DNA of 63,472 nucleotides, the filler included, from Octopus bimaculoides (Eukaryota), in NCBI RefSeq assembly GCF_001194135.2. It is 6 parts of 6 records of this genome, joined end to end, with 100 filler letters (N's around TTAATTAATTAA, not from the genome) between each part and the next. Parts side by side here need not be neighbours in the genome. Positions count along the whole stretch, not along the records: positions 1 to 26,898 come from NC_068984.1; 5 more parts are not named here. One strand, written 5' to 3'. Shown here one piece after another: positions 12,157-23,635 of this stretch. Both the position numbers and the translations under genes were made by a program. The number at the start of each line of letters is the position of its first letter. Within the stretch, counting starts at the first letter, position 1. The notes beneath the pieces were generated by a model. It did no database searches. It worked only from the letters and a program-made list of their open reading frames with translations, and was not told the DNA's origin.

Positions 12157-12845
12157 CAGGGTGCGACAGATTTTTGAGGACAACTCTTTCAAGAGCTCAT
12201 GCTTTTCAGATAAATAATATCAGACATCAGAGTTACTCAGAACATGGAAAGTCACGCTGTAATCGTTGCTTTGAAAGCGCAGCGTAAGGATACAGAGATA
12301 GCTTGCTTTCCGAAATTTTCCCGATCCTTCGTTGACAAAATTCGTAAAGATTTGTTGACGGAGACCTACATTAGGTGGTGTTAGATCCCCACGAAACACA
12401 TGCAGAGGGTCCGAATACCATGATAACTCATAACTTTGTACAAAGTCAATCAGAGCTATCCTAAAGGACTTCAAGATTTCAGAAAGCACCATCACAAAAG
12501 CTGTGCATGAAGACATCTCGTATAAGTAGTATGTAATTCGAAAGAGTCACTTTATGTCGGATATGATAAGAGAGAATCGTTTAATCCGTACAAAACGTTT
12601 GCTAACCAAGTTAAAATACTTAGAAGCTGCAATGCTTTGATTTTTTTCTTCGATGAAAAACTTTTCGATCAGGAGCAAAAGGTAAACCCAAATAAACGAC
12701 AGATAGTTTTTATAAACCCGAATGAGGTTTCAATGATCATGCATTCTGAATTCTCAGCAACTGTGAAGGTTCTGGGAGTTGATAGCAACGAGAGAGAGGT
12801 CATACCACCTCACTTTTCTTCACAGAACTTAAGAGTCAATGTCGC
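12157..12845 (+). mobile_element. Tc1/mariner DD37D (maT-like) transposon, 5' half
   Basis: Left TIR-like CAGGGTGCGACAGATTTTTGAGGACA resembles the TIR at 23636. Translation includes FFDEKLFDQEQKVNPN and EFSATVKVLGVDSNEREVIPPHFSSQNLRVN. Truncated before the second catalytic D. Confidence 0.85.
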
Positions 12846-13476
12846 TTTCTCCAACAGACAGGCAAACAATCACACAGACAGATGGATATTGATATCGATA
12901 TATATGTATGTATGTATGTATGTACATGAGTGTGTGTCTGTGTGTATTTATGTATATATATATGTTTATAAGCATCTATATGTATGTGCAGCTGTCTGCA
13001 TTGTTGATTATGTATATAAGTTGCGTTAAGTTCAAGCCCCCTAAGACAGAAACAGTCGGAAGAAGCCGACAAATAGTTAACTATTTGAGAGGCATCGATA
13101 TGTTTATCATGTTGAAATAGCAGTGTTGAAATCATCGTCGAAGTATATTTCAATGCCGAGTTCCAACTTGGCCACACTATAATAACTGAAATCAGTAAAA
13201 TAGTAAAAATGTTGTTGATTTTACGTTGGTAATCATCCTGCGTGTGTGTTTCAATTGAAATCCTGTAGTAGAAATCTGAATTTCATACCAGTAGAAATCG
13301 GCGAGTATTCAATCGTGGGACAATTGATATACAACCTAGGGATATAACTAAACATATAATTAGCGTGTGCGCATATAAACATATATATATGTACATACGG
13401 AAGCAAAAATGCTAGTTCTAAAATCTCTCAAGATGTCACTGCTGTAGATGTACGGACAAGTAATATTCGTAACCAT

Positions 13477-13769
13477 TTTAACATGGCTGTCCGTTCGAGC
13501 GGACTCTGCTACGATTTTTTAACCGCAAGAGGACATCTCCTCTAGCTGGTTTACGATGCACAGCTGCATCCGATAAAATTGCATGCAGGGGAGCGACACC
13601 CTACTATCACCTCGAGACGAGACCACTGAGGAGTGGCTGAAATAGTTCGAAACCAGGATTGGACTACTCGTCCTCACTACAGCTGTGCGTCGTTAACCAG
13701 CTAGAGGAAATGTCCTTTTGGGGTTACAAATTCTTAGTAGAGTCCGCTCGAACGGACAGCCATGTTAAA
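13477..13769. mobile_element. Palindromic non-autonomous element (90-bp inverted arms, 113-bp spacer, TTAA at both ends)
   Basis: Arm 13477-13566 is the reverse complement of 13680-13769 with 9 mismatches; the outer 31 bp are perfect. TTAA occurs at 13478-13481 and 13765-13768. Confidence 0.9.
13616..13672 (+). ncRNA. Type I hammerhead-ribozyme-like motif with one core mismatch
   Basis: CTGAGGA (13626-13632), stem II G13633..C13648 and GAAA (13649-13652). Short stem III C13653:G13657. Stem I is CCA/TGG, then an internal loop, then GACGAG/CTCGTC. The cleavage triplet reads GAT instead of GTH. Confidence 0.5.
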
Positions 13770-14230
13770 TATAAGATCCAAGGATCGAGGTGAAGGTGTG
13801 GGAAGAAAGTGTGCTGCAAGCAATCCGTAGAAAATATTTAAAAAACAACATACAGGAACAACAGTGGTTTATTGGGATGGAAGGCTGCGAACTTTTCCTG
13901 TATTGAAGTACGGTAAGCTGAAAAAAATTATTTTATATTTCACGCTTGGTATTCAAGGTTGCCAGGTATGCGTATAAAATCCAAGAGTTAAGGAATGGAG
14001 TAGATAAAATCCGGGTAACGTATGTTTCATAGTGAGCGGAACCTCGAAAGTGGTAAATATACCGCAGGCGAATTATTATCACGGTCGATTCGATCAGATA
14101 TATATTATATGCATATTATATGTGCTTATATACACGCACACAAACGTACACACAAACACACACACACACACACACACANNNNNNNNNNTATATATATATA
14201 TACAACACACACACACATACACACACACAC

Positions 14231-14263
<33 letters not shown>

Positions 14264-15134
14264 TACACGTGTATGTGTGTTTGCATGTGTGTGTATCGGT
14301 ATCAGCCTTAAAGTGAGTATAGGCGTTGTTATGTAATATTTTTTCATTGGTTTAAATACAAAACTATAATTTCTTTAGGCAGGTTTCATGTACAACATCC
14401 CCAGTAATGTTCGGATTTTTTTTTTTTTTTGTCGTTACCAGTGAGTAAATAAAATTGGTACTATTAATATCGTCTCTGCGTTTCTAAGGCTTTGAAGACT
14501 TTCACATTTCCTTAGTTTCCTATTACATCTAGAAGTGATATCGATTTACCAGTTAACATTACATTATTTGTAACACTATGTGCTATGCTCAACACGGCAT
14601 TTTACCCACATTTATTTCTTAGACCTTCAGAGAAGTTGGGAAATGAATTACAAAGTATGCAGTCATACTGGGGCACATATTGCGTTTTAGTTTTTGTGAT
14701 TCAACTAAGTATGAGAAGTAACTTAAATGAACCAGTGATACGAATTTGTTTTGAAAACAGTTAGGAGCTGATGTACTGAAGCCTATGTGCTCATTTTCTA
14801 ATTAATTAAAAATTTTCTCTTGGTTTGCAGAGGAACACACTAAACCAACCAATGGTATTTGTTTGTTAGTGACTCTACTGACAGTCACCGAAATGAAGAA
14901 ATAATTTCAAGAATTAAAAAAATTAATCTGACAAGGTTAATTTACTTGTTTAAGGGAAGCAAATAGCGCCTGACGTCTGTTTGCAGGCAAGTGACATCTA
15001 ATTTTCCAGTGTTTGTTTGAATACACACACACACACACATGTGTATGCGTGTGTGCGTGTGTGCGTGTATGTGTGTAGCTCTCATTTATGTTTCAGGTTA
15101 CGCCTACAAGTCTTCATATTCTCTACCGGTGTAA

Positions 15135-16156
15135 CTCTTTTACTTGTTTCAGTCTTTTTGACTTTGGCCATGCTGGAGCACCGCCTTTAGTCGAGCAAAT
15201 CGACCCCAGGACTTATTCTTTGGAAGCCTAGTACTTATTCTATCGGTCTCTTTTGCCGAACCGCTATATTTTGGGGACNNNNNNNNNNNNNNNNNNNNNN
15301 NNNNNNNNNNNNNNNNNNNNNNNNNNNNNNNNNNNNNNNNNNNNNNNNNNNNNNNNNNNNNNNNNNNNNNNNNNNNNNNNNNNNNNNNNNNNNNNNNNNN
15401 NNNNNNNNNNNNNNNNNNNNNNNNNNNNNNNNNNNNNNNNNNNNNNNNNNNNNNNNNNNNNNNNNNNNNNNNNNNNNNNNNNNNNNNNNNNNNNNNNNNN
15501 NNNNNNNNNNNNNNNNNNNNNNNNNNNNNNNNNNNNNNNNNNNNNNNNNNNNNNNNNNNNNNNNNNNNNNNNNNNNNNNNNNNNNNNNNNNNNNNNNNNN
15601 NNNNNNNNNNNNNNNNNNNNNNNNNNNNNNNNNNNNNNNNNNNNNNNNNNNNNNNNNNNNNNNNNNNNNNNNNNNNNNNNNNNNNNNNNNNNNNNNNNNN
15701 NNNNNNNNNNNNNNNNNNNNNNNNNNNNNNNNNNNNNNNNNNNNNNNNNNNNNNNNNNNNNNNNTATATATATAGATAGATAGATAGATAGATGAGGGGC
15801 GTCTTTCAGTTACCGTCCAGCAAATCTACTCACATGGCTTTGGTCGGCCCGAGGCTATAGTAGAAGACAGTAGTCTAAGGTGCCACGTAGTGGGACTGAA
15901 CACGGAACCATGTGGTTGGAAAACAAGCTGCTTATTTCTTTATTGCCCACAAGGGGTTAAACATAGACGGGACAAACAAGGACAGTGCATAATTGGTACT
16001 TAATGTTTCGACCCCGAAAGGATGAAAAGCAAAATCGACCTTGGCGGAAATTGAACTCAGAACGTAACGGGAGACGAAATACTGCTAAGCATTTCGCCTA
16101 GCGTGCTAACGCTTCTGACAGCTGGCCGCCTCCCACCATACAGCCACTTCTAAGCC
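15135..16156 (-). mobile_element. SINE family A, full length, spanning an N gap and interrupted by a family B copy
   Basis: 3' half at 15135-15278, gap at the internal microsatellite, head at 15794-15934, and remaining head CCACCATACAGCCACTTCTAAGCC at 16131-16156. Confidence 0.85.
15935..16130 (-). mobile_element. SINE family B nested in a family A head
   Basis: Family B head and central domain, with a 3' tail that reads CTGTCCTTGTTTGTCCCGTCTATGTTTAACCCCTTGTGGGCAATAAAGAAAT on the minus strand. Confidence 0.85.
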
Positions 16157-16159
16157 TAT

Positions 16160-16953
16160 ATATGTATATGTACGTATATATATATATATGCACACATACC
16201 TAACACTCACTACCACACGCATACACGTAAGCACAAACGCATACGCACACACATACATGCACACACAACTACACGCACATACACCTACACACGTACACAC
16301 ACACGTACATGCATACACACGCAAAAAACGCACCTATACCCCTACACAACCCCTCGTTGACATACACGTGCACAAACACATACGCACGCACACACACATA
16401 CACACACACACACACAATACGCACGCACATACACTCATACGTACACACGCACACATATATATATACCCACTCACACACATACATGCACACGCAGATGAAC
16501 CCACACATACCTCCCATACACACACAGCACACACTCATACATGCATGCACACAATTATACATACTTGTACACACACACACACTTACATACAAGCATACAC
16601 AAGCACACACACAGAGTAAAGTACAATTACGCCACAGACACAACCTCACGTGTACACACATACCCACATGTACACACACATACGTACACACACGCACACT
16701 GGAAACAAAACACACACAGACTCGAAACAAAGCACACACACACTACATATACATATGCGCACACGCACATACTTCAAACTACCAGTACATTTCTACTGAC
16801 CATTCTCCTACGCACATGTGTAGGTAGACACACAACTGGCAGCCACTCCTACCAAAATTCTTACTAAAAATTCTTCCTATGACCTTAAAGGATACAATGA
16901 ACAACCACACACACATACATAAACAGCTACAACCACACACACACACACACACA
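16160..16953. repeat. Cryptic (CA/TA)-rich simple-sequence tract
   Basis: Degenerate CACA/TACA repeats. They are the source of the H/T-rich and C/V-rich spurious ORFs. Confidence 0.9.
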
Positions 16954-17503
16954 NNNNNNNNNNNNNNNNNNNNNNNNNNNNNNNNNNNNNNNNNNNNNNN
17001 NNNNNNNNNNNNNNNNNNNNNNNNNNNNNNNNNNNNNNNNNNNNNNNNNNNNNNNNNNNNNNNNNNNNNNNNNNNNNNNNNNNNNNNNNNNNNNNNNNNN
17101 NNNNNNNNNNNNNNNNNNNNNNNNNNNNNNNNNNNNNNNNNNNNNNNNNNNNNNNNNNNNNNNNNNNNNNNNNNNNNNNNNNNNNNNNNNNNNNNNNNNN
17201 NNNNNNNNNNNNNNNNNNNNNNNNNNNNNNNNNNNNNNNNNNNNNNNNNNNNNNNNNNNNNNNNNNNNNNNNNNNNNNNNNNNNNNNNNNNNNNNNNNNN
17301 NNNNNNNNNNNNNNNNNNNNNNNNNNNNNNNNNNNNNNNNNNNNNNNNNNNNNNNNNNNNNNNNNNNNNNNNNNNNNNNNNNNNNNNNNNNNNCAATAAC
17401 ACTGTACTTCTTCCACGTCCTCGCGTTGTTGTTTGTTCGTGTTCTTTCTTGCTTGCTCATCTTTGAATTGACTATACATATATATATATATATAGAAATA
17501 TAT

Positions 17504-17585
17504 ATGTTTATATTAATTATATATTAATTTGTTTGTATGTTTATATTAATTATATATTAATTTGCTTGTATGTGTATATTAATTT
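17504..17585. repeat. 33-bp tandem repeat, about 2.5 copies
   Basis: Unit ATGTTTATATTAATTATATATTAATTTGTTTGT repeated with few changes. Confidence 0.85.
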
Positions 17586-17644
17586 ATAATATACGCATTA
17601 GCATTTCACTAAATCAGCCATAAATTTAGTGACGATTATATATC

Positions 17645-17791
17645 TCTTTTACTCTTTTACTTGTTTCAGACATTTGACTGTGTCCATGCTGGAGTACCAC
17701 CTTTAGTCGAAGTTACGGAGACGTAAACACACCAGCATCGGTTGTCAAGCGATGTTGGGGGGACAAACACAGACACACGAACATACACACG

Positions 17792-17839
<48 letters not shown>

Positions 17840-17985
17840 TATATATATATATCTATATATACGACGGGCTTCTTTAGTCAGCTCGAGGCTATAGTAGAAG
17901 AAACTTATCCAAGGTGCCACTCAGTAGGACTGAACCGAGAACCATGTGGTTGGTAAGCAAGCTACTTACCACACAGCCACTCCTA
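17645..17985 (-). mobile_element. SINE family A with two internal deletions
   Basis: Head and tail match family A. Junctions TTAGTCGA|AGTTACGG and CTCTTT|AGTCAGCTCGAGG skip blocks present in other copies. Confidence 0.85.
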
Positions 17986-18030
17986 TTTACACATATACAT
18001 ATATACATATCTATAAATATATATATATAG

Positions 18031-18077
<47 letters not shown>

Positions 18078-18097
18078 TGTATGTATGTATGTATATA

Positions 18098-18124
18098 CTA
18101 GCTGGACCTGTGAAAACTTCACAG
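18098..18124 (-). mobile_element. Helitron 3' terminus
   Basis: Minus strand reads hairpin CTGTGAA-GTT-TTCACAG, then GTCCAG and CTAG followed by T, which is the canonical Helitron 3' hairpin + CTRR|T. Confidence 0.6.
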
Positions 18125-18265
18125 AAAACATTAAAAAATGCAAGCATCTGTATATCTCAGTTAAGCAAACGTAATCAGACTCACTATTTAGCCTTAAAAT
18201 ATATCGTACATATTCAAAGAACCATCTTGGTATAGTGGTGCGAAATGGTCTTCTTGCATTATTTT

Positions 18266-18488
18266 ATACTTTTAATTGTTTGAGTCAATTGGCGGTAGCC
18301 ATGTTGGAGCACCGCCCTTTAGTCGAAGAAATCGACCACCTGCTCTATAAGCTTGGTGGTTATTCTATCATTTTCTTCTGCCCAAAACGCAAAGTTACGG
18401 GGACAGAAACACACCCATATTGGTTGTAAAGCGATGGTAGTGGGGAACAAGTACAGACACAAACACACACACACAGACACACATGAAT

Positions 18489-18572
<84 letters not shown>

Positions 18573-18650
18573 GACGGGCTTCTTTCAGTTTCCATCTTCC
18601 AACTCCACTCACAAGGCTTTGGTCGGCTCGAGGCTATAGTAGAAGTCACT
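18266..18650 (-). mobile_element. SINE family A, diverged and 5'-truncated
   Basis: Aligns to the family A 3' half and part of the head, with an internal (CA)n(TA)n tract. Confidence 0.8.
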
Positions 18651-18791
18651 CTATAAAGTATAGTGTTGAATTTCGTGTAGCCACCTGTTCGAAACTTACC
18701 AACCATAGGCCAGAACCACAGGTTCATCCAACCCTACCTGGTGCATATCTTTTGAGGCACCTGATTCTACTTGAATACTTATTTTACTCAC

Positions 18792-18851
<60 letters not shown>

Positions 18852-20202
18852 GTATATATATATATATATATGTAGAAGATTGAAAAGGAACACACGAGTT
18901 GATATATATGGAAAAAAGTCAAGGTAGAAAATGCTAAAATAATTTTATAAAATACATTCCAGTACCGGTTTCAGTCATTGAAACTTTTTCAACTGTAAGT
19001 ATGGAAAATAATTAACTTTTAGAAAAATTAAAAGAAAAGTTTTTTAAAAGAATATTTGCATAGTATTCAAATAAAAAGGACATTTCCTTTGTTTCTGCCT
19101 GTTTCTGTGTCTCTTGTATACTCTTGTATACACACACACACACACTCTAGGTAAAATTTCTGTGTGAATTATGTTATTTCTTGCAGTGTGAATGCGCAAA
19201 TTTAATGCTCAAATCCAGTTGAAATGATCTGTTTCTATTGCGTAATTTGTGTTTGTGATGAGCGTATTAAAAAACATGATCTTTGATATAAACTTAAAAG
19301 AAAGTTTTCCCAGGTATCTTGTCCTTTACCTTTTCTTTCTAGCATGTCCGATGTGACATTTCCGCTCCCACGCCTTGTTTTTTTCCAAAATGTCTTCAGA
19401 TTCCTATGTTTGCAATACAGAACATTAGGACTTCACCCACAAAACACGTTCTCAGTATTTTAATTTTCTCCCTCTCCCCACCAAATTCATTTTTTACTAT
19501 TTTCAAATATTTTTTCTTGGTAATCCATGGAGAATAAACAGAAAGTACGAATCTTTTAGAATTTCACCCATTACCTCACGACTTTCAAAAAGCTACACAC
19601 TTCCAATATTTCACTTTTAGTTTTTTGGAAAGCGGGGAAGTTTCTTCAAAACTAATGTCGTTTACTTGTTGTTTCTGGCATGTCAGGTTTTCTGGTTGTG
19701 GTCTGGTATTTTTAAGTTTGCTATTTCAGTGCAATTCTACGTATACGAGAAGCATCAGACAAAAGTGAAAGCGAGTAGGTAAGGGGTGGGCGAGGTGAGG
19801 GGAGAGAATTTGTGTGTTTCTTTAAGAAAAAAATAACTTTAAAAGTATGTGTATTTCCCAGATTCGAAATCTCTGTATTTTTCTACGTAGATAACATAAG
19901 AAAAAAATCGAAAAGTTACAAATTAAGAATGTGTAGTGAGGATGGTGGTGTTGCGAAAGGAAAATTTTAAAAACGTGATTTCTGGACAAAATCTTATTCA
20001 CCCCCCTTTTATACGATAAAACAATACATAGTTTGTGATCCTTCCTAAGAACAGAAAGCATTTTCATCCCATGCAAATGGTACCCTCCCTTTCCCGTTTA
20101 AACAAGCAATAACTTCCGATATGGCATTAACTATATATCAGTGGTGCCGATTCTATCCCTAAGAAAGGAGCAACTAATACAATGTGCCTGTAGGTTATAA
20201 CA

Positions 20203-20226
20203 CCCGGGCAACGCCAGGATGCATTG

Positions 20227-20230
<4 letters not shown>
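20203..20230 (+). mobile_element. Helitron 3' terminus
   Basis: CCCGG-GCAACG-CCAGG hairpin (one mismatch), then ATGCATTG and CTAG|T, running into (TG)n. The 5' end was not located. Confidence 0.7.
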
Positions 20231-20268
<38 letters not shown>

Positions 20269-23264
20269 NNNNNNNNNNNNNNNNNNNNNNNNNNNNNNNN
20301 NNNNNNNNNNNNNNNNNNNNNNNNNNNNNNNNNNNNNNNNNNNNNNNNNNNNNNNNNNNNNNNNNNNNNNNNNNNNNNNNNNNNNNNNNNNNNNNNNNNN
20401 NNNNNNNNNNNNNNNNNNNNNNNNNNNNNNNNNNNNNNNNNNNNNNNNNNNNNNNNNNNNNNNNNNNNNNNNNNNNNNNNNNNNNNNNNNNNNNNNNNNN
20501 NNNNNNNNNNNNNNNNNNNNNNNNNNNNNNNNNNNNNNAAAACAGCTTTGTCAAAGTTGCTCGGTTACCTCATTCATTTCAAAGGCTAAATTCATTCTCG
20601 ATCTATAGGAAAATCAATGGTCTTAATATTAATATGGAGCATTTATGCTACGAGCAGATAAAATGTTTTATTTTTGTTTAGGAATACTACGTGTTTCGTG
20701 GATTAAGTTTTGATATGCAAGTTACAGTTATACGGATGTTTTTTTTTCTTTTTATAATTAAGTAGTGAGTAGGGAAACAGAAATATCTCCGGTTGATCTA
20801 ATCCATTTCCAAGAATTCAATGCATTCTACAAAGGCGGCATCTGTGGTATTTTGGCGTTTCAGTAGCCAAATAGAAATTTCATTGACGCATTCCTAACCT
20901 ATATCTTAGTGCTTAAGAACATTATGGTATCGCAACTCTAGGTTTAATTTTCTCTTAATTTCTCTTCAGATATGGTTGAATGAATTTTGAATTCCTTGAT
21001 TGCAATCAAAGTGTCATTGCAATTTCATATTATTGACTTTTGAACCGAGAGTTTGAATCGTCAGGAAATTTGCAAACTCGGTTGTCTATAGTATAATGGT
21101 GGAGCTAGTTATTTAAAGCTTAATGAAATAGGCATTCATCTGATCCTGTTTAAAAGATTTGCGAACTGTTCTATATCCTGCACTGACACGATACTTAGAT
21201 CGATAGAATATGATTCATTAAAAGAATAAAGGCTACATTGAGATATTTCCATATAAAATTCTGTTATCTGTGCCAGGTAAAAGCATACCAAGGAAATATG
21301 CTAAATAAAATAGGAATCTAAGATTCTATTAGAAGTGCTTCTCTTATGGTTGTCGAAATTATTATTAGGTTGCTAGGCATATTTAACTGGCAAGAAAAAT
21401 GGCCGGAAGGAATAGTAATAGGATTGATATTTGGATTATAATTATTATTGGGACGTATAAATGTATTCCACGATAAAAAAAATCTTCATGAAAAAGTGTT
21501 GGACGAGAATATTTAATAAAATGTTGGAAAACTGCCATTCTAATATATTCATGAATTTGAAATATGAATGTAATTACAAATATGTTAACATTGCGTAAGT
21601 TGGTTAAAATATTTTTATTAATGCTTAAAGGTATAAATCATAACCCGATTATGAAATACTATTATGTATTACACAAGTAAAGGTCATGTTCTAAAATATA
21701 AGGAATCTTTACTATTAAATTAATTGTTTATTGATATAGTGATGATCTGTTAACGACTTCAGTGAGGAGGCTGATTTTAACTTTGTTTTTATAGCTTCTT
21801 TCATTTTGAATTATTTTGAGTCAAGTTTATTGTTGACATTTCTAAATCAGGAAGTTCTCGTACAACTTGTTTATTAATCGTGCAGAGCCATGCAGAGAGT
21901 AGGCGCCTTTCCCTATGGCGAAACACACTGGCAGTGAATTGAACTAAAAATAAGAAGAGGCAAACCTAATTAGTGTAATTTTGTTTAACTGCTCAGAGAT
22001 CATAGGTGGTTTCCTTTTTCGTTTTCCTTTTTCAATGTTTCTATCATTGTGGATTAGTAGTGATCCACAGTATTAGTGATTGTGTTAAACTACGATTTCA
22101 GGTTCATATGATGGGTACTTCAGTACAATACATATCGATATTCATTTCCAGTTTTCTTGAGATCTAAAATACTTAAGTGTAGAATGTAAGATATGTCTAA
22201 ATACATTCATTAAATTGAAGAAAAACATAAGACCCTTCCTACCAATGGAGTTCTCATAGTGCAAAAATTACGTATGAAGGGACAGCGATATATTGTTTCA
22301 GAAATTGCCCCACCGTTGTAATCTCTCTTCTCTATACTTAGTACTCTACGAAATTGTTGGTTGTTAACGATGTACATATGACCTTTAACTTATTACTGTG
22401 ACTACTTTCTCTTCAAATTCCTGGCCTCCATCATATATTCTTTGTAAATAGTATGAGAGTAAAACTTCCCGCAAGCGAATTCTATAATCCAGTGTCTGGT
22501 GGTCCTCATGGATAGCATATCTTTTCACTTCCATTGTTTATTGTGAGCAATATTTATATCTACAGAAAGCAAACTAAACTTAACGATGTCTAAAACATTC
22601 GTTCTTGTATATTTTAGATATTGGCTCAGTATACAGAATGATTAATGTAATTATTCAAAATGCCTTGAGCTAACTTATATTCTCCATGTATAAGATAGGC
22701 CATTATCTTACTATAGCTTCATATAATAAAAACAAAATAAACAAAACACAGCATAGCAAATAAACACATGAAGTAAAAATATTAATTTTTTTCAAAAAAT
22801 ATATAATAGTTAGAAGAAAAAAGATAAAGTTAAATAAGTAAAATTTGTAAAAGATAAATTTGGATGTAGAAAATATGATATCAGTAAATATAGCCGAAAA
22901 TCTTGAGAAAATATAACAGAACAGAGAAATGAGAAAATTATTGCAACTAATGAAAATGTTAGAAAACAGATAATGGAAAGGTATACCTAGAGAGTACGTT
23001 TATAAATAAAGGTGAAATTATAAAGTTCTGTTAACCTCTCTGGAATGCGAACAGCTTACCGATAAAACTATTCGATAGTTTCAATACTGTGACCGTAAGG
23101 AATTTCAGTTATAAACATGTTATACTCGAGTAATTACAGAAAGTATATCATTGTCTTCATAACGAGAAAAATAAGTGATGTTACTAAGGTTTTTGTTTCC
23201 TTCAGCAAGCTGAACCCAAAACATATGCAATTAATGCCACAATTAATAAACTCACTATCGACGT

Positions 23265-23470
23265 CAAATTTTGGCACAGGGCCAGCTATTTCGCAGGAGG
23301 GGGTACATTGATTCTATCGACCCCAATATTCAACTGGTATTTATTTTATTGACCCTGAGAGAATGAAAGGCAAAGTCGACTTCGACGGGATTTGAACTCA
23401 AAACGTGAAGACGGATGAAATGCCGCTAACCATTTCGCCCGGCGTGCTGACGATTCTCCGAGCGCACCGC
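23265..23470 (-). mobile_element. SINE family B
   Basis: Central ATCGACCCC..AACTGGTATTTATTTTATTGACCC..GAAAGGCAAAGTCGAC..TTTGAACTC as in the other copies. Confidence 0.85.
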
Positions 23471-23635
23471 ATTGTATCTACCTAAAATATTAATACATAT
23501 TAATACATACAAAAATACATTTTCTCATAGAGAACCTTGAGAAAAAACGGAAACAACACGTTCACGAAAGGAAACACCACATTGACACACGTACCCTATA
23601 CATACAAACATCATACAAGTAGGTATATAGTTGTA

